The position numbers were made by a program, and so were the translations under genes. DNA of 64,000 bases, from NCBI GenBank assembly GCA_964019335.1, contig OZ025649.1, forward strand, positions 372,001 through 436,000, written 5' to 3'. Origin of the DNA: Diplonema japonicum. Taxonomy: Eukaryota; Protista; Euglenozoa: Diplonemea. Shown here piece by piece: positions 30,091 to 39,941 of the stretch (position 1 is its first letter; each line of letters begins with the position of its first letter). Below the pieces are notes generated by a model. It made no database searches. It had not been told where the DNA came from and saw only the letters and a list, made by a program, of their open reading frames with translations.

Positions 30091-32355
30091 ATGGACGGGT
30101 ACGAGTCACAATTGGATGCGTTGCTGACGGTATTGCAAGAAGCGAAGGAGATGGTGACACCGTTTACAGACAGCATTAGCGGGGTTACGAATAAGCTTCA
30201 AAAGAACATCGACCGGCTTACGTGTCAAGATGCAGTGCTAGATGTGATGGTAACGGGGAACGGTATATGTGGAAAGTCAGAGCTAATTGACGTGCTGCTT
30301 GGAGATACTGTGGTGGGTGGGCTGCATGTAGGACAAGATATTGTTGTGAAACCGGGGATTTCAAAGATTCCGCTTCTCAGGAATTCTCATGGGAAGACCC
30401 TTGCTGTGGAAGTAGAGGGCGTGCGAAACTGGTTAAGAGACCACAAACCACAGTGCGACGCACTAGACGACGAAGAGACACCTACCTTGTTGTTGGAAGC
30501 CACGCCACAGTTCTTAAACAACAATCTCGCGATGCAAATGAACCTGATCGACACGAAGCGTGACACTATAATCGCTTCCCTCAAGAACGGATACCTCACG
30601 TATAACGCAGACGTCTTCATCATCCTTATCGATTACGAGATCCTCAAAACAGACAAGGAGTATACCATCTTGGAGCAGTTCAAAAACCCTCTCTTCAAAG
30701 GCGCCCCTTGTGAGAACTTTGTATTCGTTGTCAACAACGCCTCGCAGTTTTTTGCAACGCACCTGCACATCTCCAACATTCACGTGCAGGAGGAAGACAA
30801 GCCCAAATTTGAATCGTTGAAGCAAGTCACTTCCTACGTCATCGATCTCATCAAGCCTGTCATGAACAAGATCAAGAAGCAACAGGTTGTTGTTCTGCAC
30901 ACTAAGCTGGCCCACTACGCGCGCATTGTTCACAACGATAATTCCGGGACGCCTCTTGAGATTATTTACGATTACTGTGAAATGGGGTATGGGAGTGCTT
31001 ATATGCAGACGATTGACTCCATCCCCGAAAGCGATCTGAGATGCACCGCCGCTTTGCACGCTGAAGGACAGCTGAAAGACTCGGGTTTGGAGTATTTCGA
31101 ACAATGCCTCAGCACTATTGCATACAACGGTGCTCCGCTGTTCTTGTTATCCGTCTGCACGGATCTCGAGCATGTTTTAAACAAGTTTGGAAGCGTGCTG
31201 GAGGCCCAGCTTCCGCAACTACAACTCCAGAAAGACGTTACGGAAACTGAGCACCGGCAGCTCACGAAGGAGCTGTCATTCGTTGATTCAAAACTGGAAC
31301 AGGTGAAGCACGTGATCTCCTTGATGAGATCAGAACTCCAAGGCGTTATTGCTGACACTATTGATAGCTTCTGGACAGCACGCTTGAAAGACCTGAACAG
31401 CGTGCTCTTGGAGGGAAAGAAGCGGGACGAGTTCAAATCCCGCCAGGAGGTTTCTGTCAACGAACTCACGAACAAAGTCGAGCAGTTCGAGACCTTCATC
31501 GAAACAAAATACTTGAGGAACAAGCGGTACTTGTTGGACTCGTTAAAAACCGACAAACCGAGCGAGTGGGAGTTCCTAGGAAGCAATAAAGCACAAATCC
31601 TGGAAATGATCGAGAAACACTGCACAGACCACGTACTAGACATAGGACAGGTCTTCACACACTTCGTGAAGGATGAACTAGAGTTACTCCTACCAAGAGT
31701 ATCGGAGCTGTGCCAGCAGAGAAGAGACGAGCTGTTAGATATCCTGCACGAGAGTTTACATAGTCTGCTGGCCGCGACAGAGGCGCATACAAAAGTGCGT
31801 CTTGACGTCGAAACCTTGTGCGAGGTGTGGTTGTCAACAGGGTTACTGATCCCAGACGAGCGGAATCTCAACAATTTTATCAGGGAATTGCCGTTTGAAG
31901 CAACGAATATAATGAGCAAGGTGCTGCTTCCCAGCATAAACATTGGGAATTTGACAGACGCAGCATGCAAGGACAAAATGCTAGGGTACGTGGTGTCAGC
32001 ATGGACGGAAGTCCTGCAATCGAAAGATACTTTCAGCATGGTATCCTACAACAAAGAGTCTGTGACATGGTGTTTGGACAACCTAGACGAGCACATCACA
32101 AACTACGTGAGTACGTATATAAAGGCGCTCGCCGATGGTGTGGAGACACTGATGTCTGACACTACCGATATCGAAACCCACACGGAAGAGGTTCTGTCAC
32201 AGCACCGCGCCATTAGCCCTTTGTTGCAAAACACAACCCACCTCTCCACCTACCTGCGTGACTCTGTGAACTGGGAATACCACGTAGCCCACGCGGTGGC
32301 CCAGGAGCTTGCCCTGAAAAGGTCCGAGATGCAAAACGAGGTGGCGGCCGCGTAG
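30091..32355 (+). CDS. Dynamin-like/mitofusin-like P-loop protein, probably a degenerate GTPase
   Basis: VMVTGNGICGKSELIDVLLG (G1), NLIDT (G3 region), ADVFIILID and FVFVVNN (G4 region), then a long helical/coiled-coil stalk. Confidence 0.6.
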   Translation: MDGYESQLDALLTVLQEAKEMVTPFTDSISGVTNKLQKNIDRLTCQDAVLDVMVTGNGICGKSELIDVLLGDTVVGGLHVGQDIVVKPGISKIPLLRNSHGKTLAVEVEGVRNWLRDHKPQCDALDDEETPTLLLEATPQFLNNNLAMQMNLIDTKRDTIIASLKNGYLTYNADVFIILIDYEILKTDKEYTILEQFKNPLFKGAPCENFVFVVNNASQFFATHLHISNIHVQEEDKPKFESLKQVTSYVIDLIKPVMNKIKKQQVVVLHTKLAHYARIVHNDNSGTPLEIIYDYCEMGYGSAYMQTIDSIPESDLRCTAALHAEGQLKDSGLEYFEQCLSTIAYNGAPLFLLSVCTDLEHVLNKFGSVLEAQLPQLQLQKDVTETEHRQLTKELSFVDSKLEQVKHVISLMRSELQGVIADTIDSFWTARLKDLNSVLLEGKKRDEFKSRQEVSVNELTNKVEQFETFIETKYLRNKRYLLDSLKTDKPSEWEFLGSNKAQILEMIEKHCTDHVLDIGQVFTHFVKDELELLLPRVSELCQQRRDELLDILHESLHSLLAATEAHTKVRLDVETLCEVWLSTGLLIPDERNLNNFIRELPFEATNIMSKVLLPSINIGNLTDAACKDKMLGYVVSAWTEVLQSKDTFSMVSYNKESVTWCLDNLDEHITNYVSTYIKALADGVETLMSDTTDIETHTEEVLSQHRAISPLLQNTTHLSTYLRDSVNWEYHVAHAVAQELALKRSEMQNEVAAA

Positions 32356-32533
32356 CGTTAATATTTTTAAGTTTCTAAGCCTTTCTTCTCCCTTATTGAT
32401 CACATGGTATCCAGCCATGCCATAAACACGATACTGTGCATTTACACACATAATGTTGTATTCCCTTCTCTTTTGTTGCCGTTCTCCCCTTAAGAAGAAA
32501 ACCTCCTTTTTTTTACACACAACAGGTGATCAT

Positions 32534-33934
32534 ATGGGTGATGCTGTCCGTGTGTTCATTGGAGGCATCCCTTCTTCTTTTCAGAACTATGATTTTAGAT
32601 CACTCCTAGATAGTTGCGGTGTGACATATGTGTCAGAACTGATTATGATACACCCTGGAGACGAGAGCTACAGCGCGTGTGCCAGCGTGATGGTAGAGAG
32701 GTGCGACGTGGACAGGTTGCGAAGGATGTTCGAAGGGATGATGATTGAAGGGCACCACGAGGCAATACGAGTGACGGTGTCTCGCAAGGGACCACACAAA
32801 GACGCGACACTGAAGCGGAAACTCAGCACAATGGAAAACAACTACGAATACGACAACGAGCCCATGGTGTACTCCGATACCTACGGGGAGTACAACAGCG
32901 AGTACATGGAATACCCAGCCGACACAGAAAGCAACACGTGCACGCTGTACTTCAAAGTGTACAAAGATTATAATGGGGAGCTGCGTGTGTCATTGCTTCG
33001 GAAAGTTCTTGAGAAATATGGAAAACCTGTGAAGATTCTCATCGAGCCGAGGAAGAAGCACAGCAACGAGGAACATGGGTTCACTCAAGGGTGGGCCGTG
33101 ATGGATTCACCGGAGAGCGCTGAAAATTGCATTGCGAACCTGTCGGGTAAGTTCATCATACAAGACCAGCTGATGTTGGAGTTGGAGAAATCGGAGCGGG
33201 GGTCATCGAACATAGTGGTGACGTGCAATAGTTATTATGAGTGGGACAGATATGGATCGGACACGTCGTCGGTGCTGCACGTGGCAGGGCTGACAACACA
33301 GGCTGATGTGAAGACAGGGGTACCATTGTTGACGAAGGAGAGCTTGCAGGTTTTGATAGGAAGCTTCGGAGACGTGGTGCGGATGAAGTTTGTGAAAGAC
33401 AGCAACGCAGCGTTGGTGGAGCTTCGTGCTATGGACCACCTCCGCAACGTGAGGCAGAAGCTCCACCAGATCCCCGTGTATGGCAACAAGTTGCGGGTTC
33501 GAAACTCAACGAAGAACTCTTTGACGGCTTCAAGAACTGATGATCCTTATTACAGTGAGTTCGGTCCCGAATGTCATCGGTTTACAAACGCGCCTCCGCC
33601 TGCTGCGTACTATGCGTCAAACTGTTTGCTTCTCTCGAACATCCCAGGGGATGTTACAGAAGGTGAAAACGAAGAACTCCTTGAAATTTTCCGGCCCCAC
33701 GGTGCCACTCATGCGGGCATCACATCTTCACACACTGCCATCATCGATTTCCCTTCGATTGGATCGGCAGTCGCTGCGTTAATCGCAACGCACGACCAGT
33801 CTTATACCTTCAACAGCCGCCCCATCCGTTTAAACGTTTCATATAGTGGCGAAACATACTCTCCTTCAACCACTCTCCACCGACACAACGTTCCCGAACA
33901 CGAACCCGAGGAGCTGGAGGAAATTAACATCTAG
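32534..33934 (+). CDS. Multi-RRM RNA-binding protein (PTB/hnRNP L-like)
   Basis: VFIGGIP, VLHVAGL...FGDVVRMKF...AALVE...YGNKLRV...HRF, and LLLSNIP...AIIDF...AVAALIATH resemble PTB RRM3-4. Confidence 0.8.
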   Translation: MGDAVRVFIGGIPSSFQNYDFRSLLDSCGVTYVSELIMIHPGDESYSACASVMVERCDVDRLRRMFEGMMIEGHHEAIRVTVSRKGPHKDATLKRKLSTMENNYEYDNEPMVYSDTYGEYNSEYMEYPADTESNTCTLYFKVYKDYNGELRVSLLRKVLEKYGKPVKILIEPRKKHSNEEHGFTQGWAVMDSPESAENCIANLSGKFIIQDQLMLELEKSERGSSNIVVTCNSYYEWDRYGSDTSSVLHVAGLTTQADVKTGVPLLTKESLQVLIGSFGDVVRMKFVKDSNAALVELRAMDHLRNVRQKLHQIPVYGNKLRVRNSTKNSLTASRTDDPYYSEFGPECHRFTNAPPPAAYYASNCLLLSNIPGDVTEGENEELLEIFRPHGATHAGITSSHTAIIDFPSIGSAVAALIATHDQSYTFNSRPIRLNVSYSGETYSPSTTLHRHNVPEHEPEELEEINI

Positions 33935-34279
33935 GTTATAGACGCACCAGAAAGGCTTTATCAGCCTTCTAATCACAGAGAACTAAAGTTTGTCTTGCGC
34001 TTTATTCATTCTTTCTCCCCCCTCCCGTCATTGGCTAACACTCACCCCATCATAGTGCCTTTTCTTTCTTTTTTTTTTAAAAAAAGGATTTAGGTTTGTA
34101 TGCATTTTTTTTTTCTGCTGCTTTCCTTCAGTATTTTCTTTCTTTCTTTTTTTTTTTTAAATTGTATCTGTCTGTGCCCCATCCTCCGTTTTCTCAGTTT
34201 TATTTTTATTTTTTTTTGTTTTTTCTGTCTTCACTGTTCTCCGCTTTGCAACAGCTTTTCAAATTCCCGCGATATTATA

Positions 34280-34909
34280 ATGCCGTTGCTTGTTGAAGGT
34301 TGTTACAAGGGTCTAGGAGGAAACCCGATAATTGAGAACTTCAATTTAAAAATTCAAAAGGGAGAGCTTAGAGCGTTGGTGGGGGAGTCTGGAGCAGGCA
34401 AGACAACGTTGCTGAGGTGTTTGAGTGGGTTGTACGATGTAGACAAGGGGAGCGTTACGGTGGACGGCAAGACAATTAAAGAGATGGGAGCACCTGAATG
34501 GAGGGCGAATGTGGTGTACAGTGCACAGGACAGGATGTCTGCTGGGTTTGCTGATTCACCTTATGAGCTGGCTCTGGTCATCGGTGGGCTTCAATCCGTC
34601 AAGAAGCCAGGCCTCGCCAGCAAAGCAATCGAAATTGCCCTCCGCCTGAACATTTCTCAGGAAAAATTCCGCGGCCCGTGGACGAATCTCTCTGGCGGCG
34701 AAACCGCGCGATGCAAAATTTCTATTCTTCTCGCACAGAATCCTTCGTATCTTCTCCTTGACGAACCGACTGCGGCTTTAGACGAGCGGACAGCGCTCCT
34801 TGTTGAGAAGGAGGTGAGAGCATCCGGATCTGGCGTTCTATGGGTCACTCATAATCCAGCGCAAGCAGAGCGCTTTGATAGCGTGTATAAGCTGCAGAAG
34901 CGACGATAA
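34280..34909 (+). CDS. Stand-alone ABC ATPase (FetA/YbbL/STAR1-like)
   Basis: GESGAGKT, LSGGE, LLLDEPTAALD and WVTHNPAQAER. About 209 aa with no TM domain. Confidence 0.88.
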   Translation: MPLLVEGCYKGLGGNPIIENFNLKIQKGELRALVGESGAGKTTLLRCLSGLYDVDKGSVTVDGKTIKEMGAPEWRANVVYSAQDRMSAGFADSPYELALVIGGLQSVKKPGLASKAIEIALRLNISQEKFRGPWTNLSGGETARCKISILLAQNPSYLLLDEPTAALDERTALLVEKEVRASGSGVLWVTHNPAQAERFDSVYKLQKRR

Positions 34910-35018
34910 ACGCACGGAGTCCTTGTTCAAATCCACCTTAGTTTCTCTCTTCCTCTAAAGTGTGCTTCCCCTGTTATTAGTGAATACACCATAGGCATAA
35001 CAGGGTTGGGGTAGGGTT

Positions 35019-37751
35019 ATGCACAATCGGGCATGGGTATGGCTGTGTTGTATATGGTTGGCCTCGCCGTGGGCGGGCGGGGTTGAGACGGGCGTACTCG
35101 ACAAGTGCTTCCCCGACATCCGCTTCGGGGAACATGATGATGTGTATTGGGAGCTGGACGCAGACACGATGGTGCAAAGAACCGAAGATGAGTTCTTGGA
35201 GTTCGATGAAAATGGCGGTGCTCGGAGCTTTTCTCATACGCACGAAGAGACCAGATTCGCTCCTGTCTACACCCAAGAGCTACCAAAACCACTTGGTTCA
35301 TCGAGCTCTTCCTTGTGGACGCCTTCTAGGATCAGTTTCTGGATTCGCATGTCGGTGAATACCAGCCAACTGCACGTTTCCTTTCTCGAAGCAGGACTTT
35401 CCGTGATCACCATTAAGGCTCTGGGGAGGTCACTTTTTGTCAACGAACACATCGTTAGCTCCAATGTGGTGGCAGATTCATGGACCCTTATCAGCTTCTA
35501 CCTAACAGGTTGGAAGCAGCCAAGGGGGCTCACGATCAGCATGCCTATATCCGATGTTCAAGTCATTACTCTCATTGGCATCTACTCTGGGATCAACGCA
35601 GTGTCCACCTGGGGTGGGGGCAACCCTACGTGGGTGGATCGTCTTAGTTTTGACTGTGTGCACATCCCCCCCAATGTGTATTTTTGGAGGCAGGACAACA
35701 AAGCCCTTAGTGTAAAGTTGGAGGGCAAAGCAGGAAATTTCGTAGTCTTTGGTGGCGACGAGCTCTTTTTCAGCTCGACCCCAGACTGCACAACACCCAT
35801 CAGCGACACTCGCGTCACTGTTCGGGAAAGCACGACAGAAGTGTTTGACGTTAAGTTCCCTGTGGGTCACCCATCTAGAGGACAGATTTACTACCTCTGC
35901 TACAACACAAAAGAGCAAGGCTTTCTCCGTACACGGGCAAACGGATGGGCGTTGTCATACAACACTATACTTAGCACCCCAGACGACCCGAATGAACCAG
36001 GGTGCAGTTTGGAGCCGAACGTGGGCCAGTTCAAGAATGCGAGCCTGGATTGTGGGCAAGGTGTGACGATCTTTGAATGTGTCAATGGAAAATGGGTGCC
36101 TGACCCATATACAACGTGCGCTGCTGGTGTCTTCGATTTGCCTCATGTTGTTGGTGCACAACTTGTGGATGGCAGTTGCACGTGGCAGCAGGAACGTGGG
36201 CTGTTGACGCAGTGCCAGTGGGAACCACTTCCTGGAACTGCTTACCACTGTGACTCAACGAAAGCTTCGTGGGATGTGACCAACAGGCAGTTCCTGGGGA
36301 GCGTACCGAAATGTGTTAGGGGCTGCTTTGCTGTGGACGGTGCTTTTACGCAGAACTCAGATGTTACTTTCACAGCCCGGCATAACAGTTACGTCACCTG
36401 GAACAGAAAAGAAGGATATACCTGCAGCGAGATTTGGACAAAAGAGCTGGTCGACAGCAGAAACCTCGACAACTGGGAGGCGAAGTGCTACCACGGTGTG
36501 TGGAGAAGGGATGCAGTGGAGGATGATGTGGTGGAGTGTCATAGGAAGTGCGTCGTGACGGGGCATGCGACTGAGGGCGCGGAGATTATCGACACACTGC
36601 ACACACATGTCATGCACCTGGAGACAGTGCGGTGGGGAATTAAAAACGGGTACGTGTGTGATACTGTGCTCACAAGCTGCAAGAACGGTGTCTTAGGCGA
36701 GCCGGTCTGCAAGCTGCAGGCCTGTACAGGCGTAGAGGGCATGTCGTACACATGTCAGCAACATGAGACACTTGCGTGCAGATACCACGCGCTGCCAAAC
36801 TCCATGTGCGCCAAGTGGATGGGGTACCAACTGGGCTCCTGTTACAATCCAAACGTTGATTGCACAAAGAGCCCTACCTGCAGCGTTCCGACAAGCCCGC
36901 CTGAAGGAGCATGGTCACCTTGCTTGCTGCAGAGCATTATCCAGTCTTCAACAGCATGTGCTTGGCGGACTGAAGAAGGGTATTATTGCAATACACAAGT
37001 TACCACGTGCGGCGACACGGGGTACCTGACCTTCCCGGAGTGTTTGTTCAAGTGCAATACGAGAATTTTAGGAACGGAAACGAACTGCAGCGACATTGTG
37101 CCCAAGGGAGCGACTTGCTCGTTTTCTGCGGAAGACGGGTGGGCGTGCACAACGGGGACCTTCACCTGTACGAACCAGAGCTGGCCCGTACACTGCACCG
37201 CGATAGAACAGCCTTCGCCTACAACACGGATGGAAGGCACCGCAATGCAGTTCTCAATGGAGGTGGTGATTACGATGCGGAACGGGCTCAACGACAACGA
37301 GAAGGTGACAAGCGACATCGCGTACCATGTGAGAAGGACGGTGTCAGAGGCGGTCGATGCTTCCACACATATCTTTCCAAAAACTGTGGAAGTGATTAAA
37401 ATCTGTGGCATTGATGACTTTCATGCTGTTAATTCCTTCACGTGTGTGTATCCAGTGGAGAAGAATCCTGACGACCTACCACCTGTCTACCCCGACAGCA
37501 AATCTGTCTCCTACTATCTTGAGTTCCGCCTCCGCGCACTCGATTCCTCTATTGCTGCCCGCGTTGAACTCTTTGTGGCGTCCCACCTGTCCCCCAGCAC
37601 CCAGGTCACCCCCCACTGCACCGTCGGGATCGCACCCAGAATCAAGCAATCTACAGTTGTGTTCACCCCGCGCCCTGCATGGGCTGCCGCATCCACAGCC
37701 GCACCACTGCATGCTTTGCTCGTCTTCCTCTTGTTCGCATTGCTTGGGTAA
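35019..37751 (+). CDS. Secreted/GPI-anchored cysteine-rich surface protein with sushi-like repeats
   Basis: N-terminal signal peptide, repeated C..W...GY.C....C..G.W...C modules, and a hydrophobic C-terminus after small residues (AAASTAAPLHALLVFLLFALLG). Confidence 0.75.
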   Translation: MHNRAWVWLCCIWLASPWAGGVETGVLDKCFPDIRFGEHDDVYWELDADTMVQRTEDEFLEFDENGGARSFSHTHEETRFAPVYTQELPKPLGSSSSSLWTPSRISFWIRMSVNTSQLHVSFLEAGLSVITIKALGRSLFVNEHIVSSNVVADSWTLISFYLTGWKQPRGLTISMPISDVQVITLIGIYSGINAVSTWGGGNPTWVDRLSFDCVHIPPNVYFWRQDNKALSVKLEGKAGNFVVFGGDELFFSSTPDCTTPISDTRVTVRESTTEVFDVKFPVGHPSRGQIYYLCYNTKEQGFLRTRANGWALSYNTILSTPDDPNEPGCSLEPNVGQFKNASLDCGQGVTIFECVNGKWVPDPYTTCAAGVFDLPHVVGAQLVDGSCTWQQERGLLTQCQWEPLPGTAYHCDSTKASWDVTNRQFLGSVPKCVRGCFAVDGAFTQNSDVTFTARHNSYVTWNRKEGYTCSEIWTKELVDSRNLDNWEAKCYHGVWRRDAVEDDVVECHRKCVVTGHATEGAEIIDTLHTHVMHLETVRWGIKNGYVCDTVLTSCKNGVLGEPVCKLQACTGVEGMSYTCQQHETLACRYHALPNSMCAKWMGYQLGSCYNPNVDCTKSPTCSVPTSPPEGAWSPCLLQSIIQSSTACAWRTEEGYYCNTQVTTCGDTGYLTFPECLFKCNTRILGTETNCSDIVPKGATCSFSAEDGWACTTGTFTCTNQSWPVHCTAIEQPSPTTRMEGTAMQFSMEVVITMRNGLNDNEKVTSDIAYHVRRTVSEAVDASTHIFPKTVEVIKICGIDDFHAVNSFTCVYPVEKNPDDLPPVYPDSKSVSYYLEFRLRALDSSIAARVELFVASHLSPSTQVTPHCTVGIAPRIKQSTVVFTPRPAWAAASTAAPLHALLVFLLFALLG

Positions 37752-37833
37752 CAGGGGGAAGAAAAAGAGAGGGCCAAAAGGAGAGAAAGAAAGAGAAAAA
37801 ACAAGAAGAAAAAAAGAGAAAAAAAAAAAAGGG

Positions 37834-37864
<31 letters not shown>

Positions 37865-37981
37865 TACATTACTAGCATCCTCCTTTAGCGGTAGTTGTCA
37901 ACTCAAGTTCTTTGTTTTGTTCATACGGTTATGTTTCTCTTAGTTTTTACCCTCCCTTCCCAGCACCTACCACAGGCGGCC

Positions 37982-39097
37982 ATGTCGGTTGTGTACGACC
38001 CGTCGAGTGCCGCCGTAAACTACGAGGCTTCAGGCGGGAAGCCGTTTGTGAAGGATGGGTTCCTGTTTGCCGATGGGCTGAACAGGAGACAGAAGAGAGC
38101 GATCACATCGGGAAGCTACTACGAAGAGCTTGGTGTGGAAGTGGATATGGAGGACGGTGTGGTGGAGATAGAGACGATGAGCGAGGAGGTTCTGGAGGCT
38201 CTGCAGGAAGCGAAGAAAAAATCACGGACGCACACAAGCATTGGGAAGGTGAAGGCGTCGGATAAGGAAGAGAAGAAAAAAGAAGGAGAAGAGGAAGCAA
38301 AACCAATGTTCAAAAATATGCACCAAGCGAGGGTAGCCGAGGAGGAGTTCATCACGAAACAGATTCAGAAGAAGACGAAGACAGTTGTATCTGACGCTGC
38401 GCAAGCGTTGATTGCACCATTTGGACCCGATAAGAGGCAGGCGGCAGCGGCTCCAGCACCTGCTGCTGCTGCTGCTGCTGAGTTCAGGGGGCTGTTGAAC
38501 GACACTGTGACAGCGTCGCTGCTGGTGGCAGACGAAGCAGATACTGCAGCAGGTCGCGAGAAGGACGATGAAGCACAAGCACTGCTGCGGGGCAGGGCAC
38601 AAGAAGAGCTGAGAGAGATACACAGCAGTTGGAAATCAGCCAGCACCGCTCAAAAACAGTACTATAACAAGTGGTTCGCTTTAGTTTTCGCAAAAGGTAA
38701 GGCTGTGAAGAAGCCGATCCCACGGCCCGAGCCCGACTTGGAGGCCGCAAGACGCATTCTTCTAGACCTCGCCTCCAAGTGGGCCACGCTGACACCATCC
38801 CAGAAAGATTACTATCATGAGTGGTATCCTAAGGTCTTCCCTGGGTCCGTCTCGACGTCCCCTTCTCCTTCGCCGACCCCCGTAGTGGAGGTTCCCACGG
38901 ACCCGATGCCTCACGGGAGAAAGGTGATGCGCTTGTATCACAAAAGATGGTCAGAACTGTCACGCGAGCAGAGGGTCTTTTATAATACGTATGTGTTTGT
39001 TTCCCTTTCCCCCATAAGCCACATCAGGCATTATTATCGGTATTTCCCGAACAAAAAGCGAGACAACACCAATCATCAGGTCCAGGTTCAGGGCTGA
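37982..39097 (+). CDS. Hypothetical protein with three W-x2-(L/A)(S/T)-x2-Q(K/R)-x-(Y/F)Y repeats
   Basis: Repeats WKSASTAQKQYYNKWF, WATLTPSQKDYYHEWY and WSELSREQRVFYNTHY. The third is restored by intron 38989-39027. Confidence 0.65.
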   Translation: MSVVYDPSSAAVNYEASGGKPFVKDGFLFADGLNRRQKRAITSGSYYEELGVEVDMEDGVVEIETMSEEVLEALQEAKKKSRTHTSIGKVKASDKEEKKKEGEEEAKPMFKNMHQARVAEEEFITKQIQKKTKTVVSDAAQALIAPFGPDKRQAAAAPAPAAAAAAEFRGLLNDTVTASLLVADEADTAAGREKDDEAQALLRGRAQEELREIHSSWKSASTAQKQYYNKWFALVFAKGKAVKKPIPRPEPDLEAARRILLDLASKWATLTPSQKDYYHEWYPKVFPGSVSTSPSPSPTPVVEVPTDPMPHGRKVMRLYHKRWSELSREQRVFYNTYVFVSLSPISHIRHYYRYFPNKKRDNTNHQVQVQG

Positions 39098-39227
39098 AAA
39101 GGCAAAAACGAGGAGGAAAAAAAAAAAAAAAAAAAAAAAAAAGAGAGAAAAAAAAGAATACAGTATTTTTTCTTTTCGAAAGTGGGTTTTATCCCCCCCC
39201 CCTTTCCCATTCGATCTTTCACAGGAC

Positions 39228-39806
39228 ATGGAGGCAGTGGAGATCGTGGAGGGTGTGTATCTGGGGTCGAAACACACAGCGCGTGACATAGAAGCTTTGC
39301 AAAGGTTGGGTGTTACCCATGTTGTAAACACAGCCAAGGAAATAGAAAGCATGTTTAAAGGAAAGGGTGTGGAGTATCTGGAACTCGGCTTGCATGACAG
39401 CAGCGAAGATGACATAGCTATCTGGTTCGAAAACTGCTCATTGTTTATTTCGAACTGCTTGCAGAGCCACGGCAAGGTGCTTGTCCACTGCCAAGCAGGG
39501 ATCAGCAGGTCTTCCACCATTGTCATTGCCTTTCTGATGATGAAGATGAACAAGACACTCGAAGAGGCCTTTCTTCATGTGAAGTCTTTAAAGAGCAATA
39601 TCCAACCGAATATTTATTTTTTCAAGACGCTTCAGGAGCTCGAAAAACAGCTCAATCCTGACGCCACTTCCATCTTCTCTGTAACCGATTACTACACAAC
39701 AGTCCTTGTTGACATGGGGTTTGAAAAAGACAAGGCTGCAGATGCCTTGAAAAGGTCCGAGAATCGGTTCGATCTCGCGGTGACAATCTGCCTTGGGGGG
39801 TTTTAG
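39228..39806 (+). CDS. Dual-specificity protein phosphatase with C-terminal UBA domain
   Basis: GVYLGS, VLVHCQAGISRS, IQPN..F, then LVDMGFEKDKAADALKRSENRFDLAV (UBA MGF motif). Confidence 0.92.
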   Translation: MEAVEIVEGVYLGSKHTARDIEALQRLGVTHVVNTAKEIESMFKGKGVEYLELGLHDSSEDDIAIWFENCSLFISNCLQSHGKVLVHCQAGISRSSTIVIAFLMMKMNKTLEEAFLHVKSLKSNIQPNIYFFKTLQELEKQLNPDATSIFSVTDYYTTVLVDMGFEKDKAADALKRSENRFDLAVTICLGGF

Positions 39807-39941
39807 ATGAAATTTCCCCCCCCTTCCCTGGGTTGCGGGTTCCTAGCTTCTTTTCATCTTTTTTTCCCCTTCCCCCCTTCTTTTTTTTTTTTGAACGTTT
39901 TAACAGGAGGAAGGGAGGGGGGAGTGACAAAAAAGAAAGAA

